From: a virus
Taxonomy: Duplodnaviria > Caudoviricetes
Length of the DNA stretch: 64,000 nucleotides
Virus record (IMG/VR): IMGVR_UViG_3300022654_000689
Reading direction: 5' to 3' (one strand)
The position numbers were made by a program, and so were the translations under genes. The notes below the pieces were generated by a model that did not search any database, had not been told where the DNA came from, and saw only the letters and a list, made by a program, of their open reading frames with translations. Below, piece by piece: positions 25,277-36,203 of the stretch; the first letter of the stretch is position 1, and the number at the start of each line of letters is the position of its first letter.

Positions 25277-26471
25277 TTACTTACCTCTTTTTTGTATTTT
25301 ATGTTTTGGAGCGTATTCATGTCTGCCTTGAGCTTTATATTGCATATCCCAATATTTTTCAGTTTCAGCTTTTCTATATTTATCTATCATATATTGTAAT
25401 CTTTTAGCTTCTTTATCGGAAAGATGATGTTCTCTTACAAAACCATCTATTGCATTCTGCACTACATTAGTATAACCTGATTTAAGTGGAATTGTATATT
25501 CTTTACCATCAACTTCACATTTTATGCCACTTATATTTACGCCATTCATTGTAGCACCGCCCACAAATGATATATTTTTAATTTTCTTTTTATCGTCTAT
25601 TTTTCTATTAGCATCATTTTCATATACATGTTTATTTTCTCCATCAGATTTATGTTCAGCTTCATAAAGCTTAGCGGCTTTTTCAGCTTCTTTCATTATA
25701 GCGGCTCTTATTTTAGCTTTTTCACTATCTGGAACTACGTGAGTTATTCCATTAGCACTTATTCTTATTTTATTTACCCAATCTCTTATTTGAGTTTTAT
25801 ATATACCATTCCTTAAATCAAATGAAAAGCTTTGTTCAACAGCATATCCATCTTTATCAGCAAATATGACATTACCAAACATACTAGCACTATTGCTATT
25901 TCTTGGGAAGAATTCATCACCTGAAGATGGTTCTAATTTATAAAATCTAAGACCATATTTTAGTTCTTTATGATAAACATCTTTTGATAAAGCTCTTTTC
26001 TTTTGATCTTTATCCATATCTTTTATATCAGCTCTAGGAACTTTAGTATGAATATCTTTTTCGTCCCAATGAGGTCTATTAGGTATAGTCCATTTCTTAA
26101 CTTCATCTATTACTTCTTTTGCATTCTCTAGTTCAGCTTCTTCTAAGTTTTTAGCTTGATAACATCTAATTTTTATCTCTTCAACTTGTTCAACAGTTGT
26201 TGCTCTATTTACTTCATTATTGGCATTTTTTTGCAATACCAACTGCTTCTTTTACTTTATTACCTCTAATTCTATTTAATAAAGCTTGAACTTTTGTATT
26301 ACCTTTAAAACGTTCTTTTAATTCATTTATCTTTTTAATTATCAAAGACCAAACATCATTAGCAAATTTAACTATACGTCTTATTACATTTAAAACTACT
26401 TGTTTAGCTTTTGTTAAGATAGATTCTTCTTGATATAATTGGTATTTTCTTTCATTATATTGGCTATTCAT
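25277..26471 (-). pseudogene. One gene split by a frameshift in an A7 run (ORFs 26217..26471 and 25277..26242); paralog of 51786..52571
   Basis: Both parts align colinearly with the N-terminus of 51786..52571; deleting one A gives IAKNANNEVNRA vs IAKRNKLKVERS. Confidence 0.7.
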
Positions 26472-26497
26472 ATCATATCTCCTTTCTTGTTATATCA

Positions 26498-26533
26498 TAT
26501 TTACTTGTTATAGAATGCAATAACATTTTCATG
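26498..26533. promoter_or_regulatory. Back-to-back divergent late promoters
   Basis: AACAagtaaaTA (minus, 26498..26509) and AACAttttcaTG (plus, 26522..26533). Confidence 0.6.
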
Positions 26534-26564
26534 TTAATATTAAATTAAAAAAGGAGAAAATATA

Positions 26565-27953
26565 ATGAGAATAGCTATAATAGGAGGAGGAGTTGCAGGA
26601 TTATTTGCAGCTTATACATTATTAAAAAAATTTAATGGTGAAAATATAGTGATATTTGAAAAAGGGAAACTAATTGAAAAACGTAAATGTCCAGCTGGTA
26701 AAGATAAGCAATGTATGCATTGTAATATATGTTCTATAACTAGCGGTATAGGAGGTTCTGGAGCATATAGTGATTCTAAATTAAATCTAGATAAATACAG
26801 TAAAATAGGAGGGTCACTAGGAGAGTTTTACAATCCAGAAGAATTAGAAAATTTATTTAATGAGGTACTTAAAATTTACTATGAATTTGGAATGGATCCA
26901 AATCTTAAACAATTTGGTCATGATGATAACGAAGAAACTGTTAGGATCAAAGAAAAAATTAAAAATAATCCTAATATGGAATTAGCAGAATGTGATACTA
27001 TACACCTAGGCACAGATAGAAGCCGAGAGTTGTATAGGAAAATTCAGGAGTATATTTTATCTAAAGGCGTAAAGATTTGCCAGAGTGTGTCACATATTGA
27101 AAATATGGAGGAAAAATTTTTATGTAACGGAGAAATTTTTGATTATGTAATAATAGCTACTGGTAGAAGTGGAAATTCATATCTAAAAGAACTAACTAAA
27201 GATATAGATGTTGAATTTGTTCCTAGTCGTATAGATATTGGAGTTAGAGTTGAAACTACTAATGAAGTAATGAAAGATATAAACAGTAATTTTTATGAAG
27301 CTAAGATATTCTGTAAAGGAGAATATGATGATGAAGTTAGAACTTTCTGTTCAAACCCTTCAGGAGTGGTAGCATCAGAGCAATGGGATATTAAAGACGG
27401 AAAAATATTTACGGTAAATGGTCATGCTTATGCTAACCCTAAACTTAAAACTAATAATACTAATTTTGCTCTACTTGTAACTAAAAATTTTAAAGGTGAT
27501 TTAGATGATCCATTAGAAGATTATGTATATTCAATTATTAAAATGACTAATAAACTTGCAGATAATGGAGTAATGGTTCAAAGTCTTGAAGATCTTAAGA
27601 ATTTTAGAAGAAGTACGGAAGAAAGTCTTAAAAAAATGAATCTTACCCCTACATTAAAAGCATATCCTGGTGATTTATCAAATACAATACCTTATAGAGT
27701 ATTAAAATCTATTCTAGATACCATAGAAATATTAGATGAGGTATGTCCTGGCTTAAATGATGGAAAGAATACATTGCTTTACGGAATAGAAGCTAAGTTT
27801 CATTCAAATAAAGCTAAAATAAATAAATTCGGAGAAACTAATATACCTGGAATATATTGTATCGGGGACTGCTCAGGTTATACTAGAGGAATAATGCAAG
27901 CTGCGGCTCATGGAATATTAGCAGCCACAAGTGTTATAAACAAACATATATGA
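26565..27953 (+). CDS. FAD/NAD(P)-dependent oxidoreductase
   Basis: IAIIGGGVAG, GIGGSGAYSD, IIATGRSG, VRTFCSNP, IYCIGDCSGYTRGIMQAA. Confidence 0.88.
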   Translation: MRIAIIGGGVAGLFAAYTLLKKFNGENIVIFEKGKLIEKRKCPAGKDKQCMHCNICSITSGIGGSGAYSDSKLNLDKYSKIGGSLGEFYNPEELENLFNEVLKIYYEFGMDPNLKQFGHDDNEETVRIKEKIKNNPNMELAECDTIHLGTDRSRELYRKIQEYILSKGVKICQSVSHIENMEEKFLCNGEIFDYVIIATGRSGNSYLKELTKDIDVEFVPSRIDIGVRVETTNEVMKDINSNFYEAKIFCKGEYDDEVRTFCSNPSGVVASEQWDIKDGKIFTVNGHAYANPKLKTNNTNFALLVTKNFKGDLDDPLEDYVYSIIKMTNKLADNGVMVQSLEDLKNFRRSTEESLKKMNLTPTLKAYPGDLSNTIPYRVLKSILDTIEILDEVCPGLNDGKNTLLYGIEAKFHSNKAKINKFGETNIPGIYCIGDCSGYTRGIMQAAAHGILAATSVINKHI

Positions 27954-27979
27954 CAAAACTCGAAGGAGGTGTTGATAAT

Positions 27980-30547
27980 TTGAAACCTCTATTAAGTAAC
28001 GATTTGGCATTAGATGTGTCAATTGAAAATATGTTAATGCAAGTAGGAAATAAACCGGAAAGAGTTGTTCAATTTTATAAATATAATCAAATTCGTAGCT
28101 CTATAGAGATATCAAATATTTTAGACAATGCTAATAAAATTTATGTAGCTGCAGATTATCATTTAAATAAACCTAAAAGAATAATGGAAGGTATACCTAA
28201 AAAGATTCATGAAAGACACAATTCGGTTGTAACAGATAAAGACGCATTTTTGTTTCTAGGAGACTTAGGAGATCCTGAATACCCACTGTCTAAAAATTAT
28301 ATTAAAAAATATATAAATTCATTAAATGGAATAAAAATAATGATTTTAGGTAATAACGATATTAAAAATATTAATTATTATAAATCTTTAGGTTTCGATT
28401 ACGTTATTCAAAGTCTTAAATATAAAGATATGATATTTACACATTTTCCATATGAAACTGATTTAGTAAATATACATGGGCATATTCACGGTGCTGGTTG
28501 CTATTTAAATGTACCATTTAATAAACATCGTGACTGTTATATTGATAGTAACAATTTTTTTCCTTATGAAATAAATTACTTAAGAAATATAAAATATAAA
28601 GGTATAAATGCTAAAAGTAGGCCAATTAATGAATGTTACGAAAAGGAGATGATTTATTTGGATAATGAACTGGAAAAAAATATAGATGACTTAATTCTTA
28701 ATGAAGCTACTGTTGTTAATAAATTTAAACAAACAATGACGCTTTATAATGCAGATACAAGACCAGCGGATGTATTATATCCTAGACATCCATCGGCTGG
28801 TAATAGAATAGACAAACAATCTGGAGATGCAATATTCTTTTTCTCAACTCAAGAGGAAGCTATTAAATATGTTGTAGGTAAAGGTCTTATTAAAGAGTAT
28901 ATAGATTTCTGTGAAGATATGAACAAAGAAATAAAGAAAATAGAACAAAGTGATCCAGAAAAAGCTAAAAGAATTAGATTTTATATAGCTCAAATAAATA
29001 AATTTACTGAAGATGGAAAATATCCTCCTGTATTTAGAAAAATAGGCGTTCATATGAAATATTTTGGTTTAGATGATGCTAAAGTATTCCCTGAATTTCC
29101 ATTCTGTAGAATGTTTATAGAAAGAGCTAGTCGTTCAACTAGACCTTGTTATATACGTATTTGTAACGTGCCAACTGCTGATATTAAACATGGACATTGT
29201 GCTAACTATAAAGAATTTACAGTATTTAAACCATGTAAAGTTGATAAAATGCTTACATTTACATTAGGACAATTGTTTAGTAAAGTACCAGTTAAATATT
29301 TTAATCAATACGATGATTTTAAAAAATTCTTACCAACAATATGTAAAAACTTTGATAAAGATTTATTTAGAGGTTTAATATCTTATCCTGATTTTAGAAA
29401 ACGTCTTCAGTGGTCAGATGGTAAAACAAGTCATGAAAAACTTAATAGCATTGCTACGGAGGGGACTATAATGGAATCATATATACCTTATTGTGAATTA
29501 GAAGAACTTATGGAAGATGTATTTAATGAAGGTTTATTTAGAAGAAAAAAAGAACATGAACCTCCTAAAGAAATAGATGGAAAAGAGTTACTTACAAAAT
29601 CCGCTAAAGTTGCTTTAGGATCTGCAGCTATAGGCGGTGGTGTTACAGCTTTAGCAAATCTTAAATATCTTAGAAAAAATAAAGCCAAAAAAATAGCAGT
29701 TGAAGAAGGAGTATCATTAGAAGAAGCATTAATATTCGTGTTATCTTGTGAACAAGATCTTTTAAATGAGGGATATAGTATAGACGACATATATGAAATA
29801 GATATTATAACTGAATCAAGAAAATATCTGTTACAAGAATTATGTATAGAAGAAGAAATGTCTCTTAAAGAATCTGCATTATTGCTAACACTGATCGAAA
29901 ATGATTTTTTAAATGAAGGTTATGAATTAGAAGAAATATATAATGAAAAAGTTTTTAGTAATATCAAACAAAAATATAATGATTTTAAAGAAAAAAATAA
30001 AGACAAAATTCAAGCAGCTAAAGATTATGGTAAACTAGGATACAAAGGCGCAAAAGATAGTGTAAAAGCTGCAGCTATGGCAGCTGGAACTGGTTACATA
30101 GTAGGTCAATCTAAATTAGGAAGAAAGCTTCAAAATGGCAAAGTTACAGGAAAAGTAGCAGATTTCATGGGAGCTGGTAAAGTTGATCCTAAAGTTTATA
30201 CACCTAAATCAATAGCTAAAGGAGCAGCTATAGGAGCTGGATTATCAGTTGCCGGAGGTATGATAGGTACTCATTTTGCTAAAAAAGCTAAAGAAAGAGA
30301 AGAAAAAGAAAAGCAACAAAAACAAAATGAAGATATAAATTTAATTGAAGAAGGTTGTTCTTTAAAAAATCTTTCTAGTGATGAGTTAATAGAAAAAATG
30401 AGAGATTTAGAAAATGAAATACAAGATTTGGAACATTGGGTCAATAGTAAAGATTCTGATTCTGAAAAAGAAAAAAGACTTAAAGCTGCTAGAAAAGAAT
30501 TAGATGCTGTAGAAAAATTTTTTAAAAATAAAAAATATAACAAATAA
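27980..30547 (+). CDS. Multimodular protein: metallophosphoesterase + ART-like domain + Gly-zipper/acidic-spacer repeats; probable capsid cargo polyprotein
   Basis: ADYHL, LGDLG, GNND, FTHFP, HGHIH; modules separated by INE/LNE/FNE motifs; RBS AAGGAGG before TTG 27980. Confidence 0.7.
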   Translation: MKPLLSNDLALDVSIENMLMQVGNKPERVVQFYKYNQIRSSIEISNILDNANKIYVAADYHLNKPKRIMEGIPKKIHERHNSVVTDKDAFLFLGDLGDPEYPLSKNYIKKYINSLNGIKIMILGNNDIKNINYYKSLGFDYVIQSLKYKDMIFTHFPYETDLVNIHGHIHGAGCYLNVPFNKHRDCYIDSNNFFPYEINYLRNIKYKGINAKSRPINECYEKEMIYLDNELEKNIDDLILNEATVVNKFKQTMTLYNADTRPADVLYPRHPSAGNRIDKQSGDAIFFFSTQEEAIKYVVGKGLIKEYIDFCEDMNKEIKKIEQSDPEKAKRIRFYIAQINKFTEDGKYPPVFRKIGVHMKYFGLDDAKVFPEFPFCRMFIERASRSTRPCYIRICNVPTADIKHGHCANYKEFTVFKPCKVDKMLTFTLGQLFSKVPVKYFNQYDDFKKFLPTICKNFDKDLFRGLISYPDFRKRLQWSDGKTSHEKLNSIATEGTIMESYIPYCELEELMEDVFNEGLFRRKKEHEPPKEIDGKELLTKSAKVALGSAAIGGGVTALANLKYLRKNKAKKIAVEEGVSLEEALIFVLSCEQDLLNEGYSIDDIYEIDIITESRKYLLQELCIEEEMSLKESALLLTLIENDFLNEGYELEEIYNEKVFSNIKQKYNDFKEKNKDKIQAAKDYGKLGYKGAKDSVKAAAMAAGTGYIVGQSKLGRKLQNGKVTGKVADFMGAGKVDPKVYTPKSIAKGAAIGAGLSVAGGMIGTHFAKKAKEREEKEKQQKQNEDINLIEEGCSLKNLSSDELIEKMRDLENEIQDLEHWVNSKDSDSEKEKRLKAARKELDAVEKFFKNKKYNK

Positions 30548-30640
30548 TCATGTATATGATTGAAAATTTTTTAAAAAATTTTTTATAACAAATAATCATG
30601 AATTAAAATATAATAATTTAAAGATAACGGAGGAGAAAAA

Positions 30641-31483
30641 ATGTTAATAGATAGATATATGCAAATGCTAAGAGAAGAAGCAGATTGTGAAGTATATGAT
30701 GAAGTAGGAATGAAATATGAAGGTCCAACTCCTGAATCAAGAGCAAAAGCACAAGCACAAATGCAAAGATATAACAATGAACTAAGAGCTGGAAAAATGA
30801 GAACTGAAATAAAAGCTGGAAAAGAAAGAACTGCTAAATTAGCTAGAAAAGCTGGTCTTAAAAAAGCAGGATTAGCTGCTGCTGGTGTGGCTGCAGCAGG
30901 AGGAGCTGTTTATGGTGGTAAAAAATTAGCAGACCATATAAAAGCTAAAAGAGCAGCTAAAGCTAAAGAAGTAGCAGTAGAAGAAGGAGTATCATTAGAC
31001 GAAGCATTTGAATATGTATTAGAGTGTGAACAATATCTTTTAAATGAAGGATATGAATTTGAAGACATATATGATGAAGATTATGACATGGAAGAAGTAT
31101 ATGATGAAGTAGGAATGAAATATGAAGGTCCAACTCCTGAATCAAGAGCAAAAGCACAAGCACAAATGCAAAGATATAACAATGAACTAAGAGCTGGAAA
31201 AATGAGAACTGAAATAAAAGCTGGAAAAGAAAGAACTGCTAAATTAGCTAGAAAAGCTGGTCTTAAAAAAGCAGGATTAGCTGCTGCTGGAGCAGCTGCG
31301 TTAGGTGGAGCTGCATACGGAGTAAACAAAGCTATAAAAGCTAGAAGAGCTAAAAAAGCTGCTGAAGTTGCAGTAGAAGAAGGAGTATCATTAGACGAAG
31401 CAATGATGTGGGTATTAGAATGTGAACAAGAATACTTAAATGAAGGATACGACTTTATCGATATATATGGAGATTGGGAATAA
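30641..31483 (+). CDS. Two-unit repeat protein: basic Gly/Ala-rich peptide plus acidic spacer
   Basis: 135-aa period; spacer AVEEGVSLDEA...CEQxxLNEGY shared with 27980..30547. Confidence 0.75.
   Translation: MLIDRYMQMLREEADCEVYDEVGMKYEGPTPESRAKAQAQMQRYNNELRAGKMRTEIKAGKERTAKLARKAGLKKAGLAAAGVAAAGGAVYGGKKLADHIKAKRAAKAKEVAVEEGVSLDEAFEYVLECEQYLLNEGYEFEDIYDEDYDMEEVYDEVGMKYEGPTPESRAKAQAQMQRYNNELRAGKMRTEIKAGKERTAKLARKAGLKKAGLAAAGAAALGGAAYGVNKAIKARRAKKAAEVAVEEGVSLDEAMMWVLECEQEYLNEGYDFIDIYGDWE
30689..31290 (+). repeat. Direct repeat, 197 nt identical copies (30689..30885, 31094..31290), period 405 nt
   Basis: Read directly from sequence. Confidence 0.9.
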
Positions 31484-31489
31484 TAAAAT

Positions 31490-31521
31490 ATAGGATAGAT
31501 CATTTTGATCTATCCTATTAT
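31490..31521 (+). terminator. Hairpin terminator
   Basis: ataggatagatc-atttt-gatctatcctat. Confidence 0.65.
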
Positions 31522-31749
31522 TACTTTGTAATTTTATTTTATTTCCTTAATTTTAATATTTAATTTGTAATATTTAATTATTAATTTCAAATATATATTA
31601 TTACTTTGTAGCAGAGTGTATGAACAAATTGTTACCTATAATTTTACGCGTATTATTACATCAAATTTTAATTAAATTAGTGAGTGGAGGTATATAGTAT
31701 GATGGAGTACAATAATAAAACTAATAATACCATGGGAGGGAATACAATT

Positions 31750-34700
31750 ATGTTTAACTATGATGAACTTACTAAAAAGATAAACGAGATAATGAATTTA
31801 CAGAATATAGAGAATGCTAACGCTAATGTAGACGAAGCTAGTTTCTCAGGTAAGAATGAAAAAGCTGCTGGATTATTACTTAAAGATTATGCACTTGACA
31901 ATTTGATTGATCCTAAGATAGCTCAATATCATAGAGATGGAATATTATACACTCATGATCTAGACAGATATGCATCAGGTATGCATAATTGTCTTATAGT
32001 AGATTTTACAGATTTATTTGAAAACAATGGAGGATTTGCAACTAGAAATGGAGACGTAAGAAAGCCAAATGGTATACAAGCATTTTTTCAATTAGTAGCA
32101 GTGGTATTCCAATGCGCATCGCAATGCCAATTTGGGGGGATAGGCTCAGCTAAAATTGATTATGAAGCAGCTCCATATGTTGCTAAAACATTTACTAAAA
32201 AGTATAAAGAAGCATTAATGGATTTATATGATCTAACATCAGAAGAAGCAAAAATTACTATGAAAAGAATAGAAGAAATTGGCATAGAGATAAGATTAGG
32301 AAATGAAAAATTAATAGAACATAACGAAAGATTATATAAGATAACTAAGAGACATGTAGAAGAAAGCGTTAAACAAGGAGCTGAAAGTTTATATCATAAT
32401 CTTAATACACTTGAATCTAGACCAGGTCAAAAAACTTGTTTCTAAAGTTTTCACTTTCAATATAACAAATGTATATTATAGTATAGAATGTACAATATAT
32501 ATTGAAAGGATGATTATAATGAAAAAGAAAAATCTTGAATTTACTGATGAGATAATAAAATTGTATAAAGAGGGTCTTAGTTGTGAAGCAATATCTAAAC
32601 ATTTTGAAAAGAAATTTAGTGCAACACATGTACGAAATGTATTAAAAGATAATAACGTCCCAATGCGTACAAAAGGTGGTTGTACTGTAATAGACGAATC
32701 TATTTTAATAGATATGTATGTAAATCAAAAAATGAGTTTACAAGATATTGCTGATAAAACTGGTAGAAAGAGTTTAGAAAGTATAAGACAAATCATGATT
32801 AAAAACAATATACCTCTTAGAAACAGAGCAGCTCTTTCTAAAAAAGATACAACACTAAATGAAGATTTCTTTGAAATGATTGATACTGAATTTAAAGCTT
32901 ATATACTTGGATTTTTAATAACAGATGGAAATGTATCTGAAAGAACTAATAGTCAACCAAGAATAAGAATACAAATTCATGATAAAGATGAATATATATT
33001 AGAAGAATTTAAAAAACAATTAAATTCATCCAATAAAATTAATCATTTCAATGAAGATAGACGAAAAAATCATGTAGAATTATGTGTTCATTCACAAAAA
33101 ATGTTCGATGATTTGTCAAAGTATGGTGTTGTACCTAATAAGACTTGGAATACTTATTTGCCTGATAATATACCTAATGATCTTATATCACATCTTATAA
33201 GAGGTATAATGGATGGTGATGGATGGATAGCTAAAAAAGATGCATTTATAGGATTTATTGGAACTAATAAGTTAATGCATCAAATTAAAGATCAAATTCA
33301 ATCTGAACTATCAATAGAAGGTAAGATATGTATTAAAAATGATGATACTGAACTATCAGAATTATGGTATGCTGATAATAATAGTAAAGAACTTATGTAT
33401 CATTATTTGTACGATAATGCAAATTATTATCTCGTTAGAAAAAAAGATAATCTTGAAAACTTTTTGAAAGACAAGGGCCTACTAGACTAGGAATAGTCTA
33501 GTGTAATCGGGCAATATCGGTGAAGGCTAAGTCTCATAAGAGATATGCTAATACCGAGATAAGTATGAGAACTAAAGCGCTCATACCATCGTAACGCGTA
33601 GTAGGTGAACCTCGAAAGAGAATATAATCCTACCAAGAGTGTCCGACACATCATTCTGAAATGAGTGATCGCTTAGGAGATTGGTCCTTAAGTGCCAAAA
33701 TGGGTGAAAATGTACGCTGAGCTGGATCGGAATTGACCGGTCGTATACAGTTATATAAATGGGTGACTGTAGATGAGTGAAAACTCCAGAAGATTTGGAT
33801 AAAAAGCCAAATCGATAACACAACTGTCTCAAGTTCCATTTACAAGTATAAACTTTGGTACTGATACTAGTGCTGAAGGTAGATTGGTTACAAAAGCATT
33901 ATTAGAAGCATCAATAGATGGTATTGGTAGATATCACAGAACAAGTATATTCCCAATATCTATATTTAAACATAAAAAAGGTGTTAATGATAAACCAGGA
34001 ACACCTAACTATGATTTATTGCAACTAGCAATAAAATCGTTAACTAAGCGTATATATCCAAACATAGTTAATGTCGATGCTGATATATGGGCTAATCCAA
34101 GTTGTCCTGAAGAAGAAGGGGTAACAATGGGTTGTAGAACTATGTTAGGAAAAGATAGACATGGATTAATAGGTCCAGGCGGTAGAGGAAATCTAGCTCC
34201 AGTAACTATGAATTTAGTATATCTTGGTATTAAAAATGGTATATGTTTAGGTGAAAGAGAAGTTCCAGATGTAAACGGATTCTTTAGAGATTTAGAAGCT
34301 TTAATGTTAGATGCAGAAAAAGCTTTATTAGATAGATATGAATGGGTATGTAGTCAAAAAGCAAGATCTGGACATTTTAGTTACGCTAATGGTATAATTA
34401 AGAATACATTAGGTAGAAAGTTAAAACCAGATGAAGAAGTTAGAGAATGTATGAAACATGAAACTTTAGCAATAGGATATATAGGAATAGCTGAATGCTG
34501 TAAAGCATTATTTGGACATACTCATGCTAAGAATAAAGAAGCATATGATTTTGCATTAAAAGTAGTAACAAGAATAAATGCATTTACTAAAGAAGCTGCA
34601 GAACGTAATGATCTTAACTTCTCTTGTTATGCAACACCTAAACAGTTGGGTCTTTAGCTTGAAAGGGCTATCGAATAACCTCGTTAAACGGGCTGAACGT

Positions 34701-36140
34701 AATAAGTTGGTAAGAAAGGCTAAACCTTTTTTAAAGGCAAGCTAACCCCGTAGGAAAGAATTTGAGTTTGTAAACGCCATATAACATATTTTTATAAATT
34801 ACGCAACCCTAAGAAAGGATATGATAATATGGCAAGAAGAAAGTATGTTACTATAAGTATAGAAGAAGTTGGTGAAGATATAAAATTAATTAATATCGAA
34901 GGAAATTCAGATTATTATATAAGTAAAAATGGCAATGTATATAGAGAAATGGAACCGGGAAGATTTTACAAGATGTCCTTAGATATTAATAAAGTTGGGT
35001 ATAATTACATTGGATTAAAGCTAAATGGGAAAACTGTAAAAAGACGAGTTCATAGGCTTGTTGCATTAACGTGGATACCAAATCCTAATCCATCAATCAA
35101 TACGATAGTTGGTCATAAAGATAATAATAAACGTAATAATTGTGTTGAAAATTTATATTGGACTACTATATCAGAAAACACTCAAAAAGCATTTGATGAT
35201 GGATTAATAGAAAATGTAAAAAGTTTTGATGATTCACAATCTCATACAATTATGGTTTATGATCTTAATATGAATCTAATTGAAGTTTGTGGTTCGTCAA
35301 AAGAAGTCGATCGCAAGTACAAAGTTTCCCATACAACTGTAATGAGACAGTGCCAAGGCAAATTTAAAGGAAAACCAAGATGCGGTTATATTTTTAAATT
35401 TTTAGGATGGAACGATCCAACTTCACCAAATTTTGAAACAAACTCAAAGGAAAATCTCTAACGATCATCGAAACCAATAAATGTAACCGACTTTATTAAT
35501 AAAGTTGGAATAAGGTATACAATTTGTATACACGAAGGGAGTAGAGTAGGCTTTATTGCCGAAAAGCGAGGGTGCCAGTAGTGATATTGGTACGTGATAT
35601 GATCTAAACCCCTAATGAAGTATCGGGAAACCGAGGGTTCAATTGGCTGAAAATTTATGTCATACATTAGCTAAAACATTAAAATCTCAATTTGGTGTGT
35701 TAGAAGGAATAACAGATAGAGATTATATAACTAACTCTCACCATGTTCCAGTATATGAAAAAGTATCAATATTTAGAAAACTTGAATTAGAAGCTCCATT
35801 TGCTAAACTTGCTAATGGTGGTTATATAGCATATGTAGAATTAGAATCTACTGTAGTTAAAAATCAAGAAGCTATAGCTAAGATAATTAAGTATGCTATG
35901 GACTTAGGAGTAACTTATTTAGCATTTAATTTCCCAATAGACACATGTTTATCTTGCGGATATTCAGGAGAGATAGATCAAGACGAGTGTCCTATGTGTA
36001 AATCTGATAAGATAGAAAGACTAAGACGAGTTACAGGATACTTAACTACAGATTATCATAAATTTAATAAAGGTAAAATTTCAGAAGTACATGATAGAGT
36101 AAAACATAGCAAGTATACAGATGATGAAGAATTATTTTAA
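31750..36140 (+). CDS. nrdD: Anaerobic (class III) ribonucleotide reductase; exons 31750..32427, 33827..34639, 35646..36140, about 661 aa
   Basis: YTHDLD, HNC, SRPG|SQVPFTSINFG, MGCRT, YATP|AENLC, YITNS, CLSCG...CPMC, RRVTGY. Confidence 0.95.
32428..33826 (+). mobile_element. Group I intron nrdD-I1 (1399 nt) with LAGLIDADG ORF upstream of the core (P1 loop)
   Basis: AATATCGGTGAA...ATACCGAG; P7 variant GCGTA/TACGC; ends taacacaactG. Confidence 0.88.
32519..33490 (+). CDS. Double-motif LAGLIDADG homing endonuclease with N-terminal HTH repeats
   Basis: AYILGFLITDG and HLIRGIMDGDG; GAAAGGA RBS before ATG 32519. Confidence 0.88.
   Translation: MKKKNLEFTDEIIKLYKEGLSCEAISKHFEKKFSATHVRNVLKDNNVPMRTKGGCTVIDESILIDMYVNQKMSLQDIADKTGRKSLESIRQIMIKNNIPLRNRAALSKKDTTLNEDFFEMIDTEFKAYILGFLITDGNVSERTNSQPRIRIQIHDKDEYILEEFKKQLNSSNKINHFNEDRRKNHVELCVHSQKMFDDLSKYGVVPNKTWNTYLPDNIPNDLISHLIRGIMDGDGWIAKKDAFIGFIGTNKLMHQIKDQIQSELSIEGKICIKNDDTELSELWYADNNSKELMYHYLYDNANYYLVRKKDNLENFLKDKGLLD
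34640..35645 (+). mobile_element. Group I intron nrdD-I2 (1006 nt) with HNH endonuclease
   Basis: P1 acct/gggt; P7 variant GATCA/TGATC; terminal G35645; removal restores YATPAENLC. Confidence 0.9.
34829..35461 (+). CDS. HNH homing endonuclease (I-HmuI-like)
   Basis: YYISKNGNV, RVHRLVALTWIPNP, VGHKDNNKRNNCVENLYW..ENTQKA. Confidence 0.88.
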   Translation: MARRKYVTISIEEVGEDIKLINIEGNSDYYISKNGNVYREMEPGRFYKMSLDINKVGYNYIGLKLNGKTVKRRVHRLVALTWIPNPNPSINTIVGHKDNNKRNNCVENLYWTTISENTQKAFDDGLIENVKSFDDSQSHTIMVYDLNMNLIEVCGSSKEVDRKYKVSHTTVMRQCQGKFKGKPRCGYIFKFLGWNDPTSPNFETNSKENL

Positions 36141-36144
36141 TAAA

Positions 36145-36174
36145 AAGAGGATATACTGAAAAGTATATCCTCTT
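36145..36174 (+). terminator. Hairpin terminator
   Basis: aagaggatatact-gaaa-agtatatcctctt. Confidence 0.7.
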
Positions 36175-36203
36175 AATAATTTTTTATAATAGGAGGTATA
36201 TTT

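Noticed and set aside
30689-31290. CRISPR array or DGR template/variable repeat
   Set aside because: Two identical in-frame coding copies, no spacers, no adenine-specific mismatches and no reverse transcriptase in the window.
33581-33839. Minus-strand ORFs in the nrdD intron (also 35458..35667)
   Set aside because: Antisense to GC-richer ribozyme cores, no RBS; shadow ORFs.
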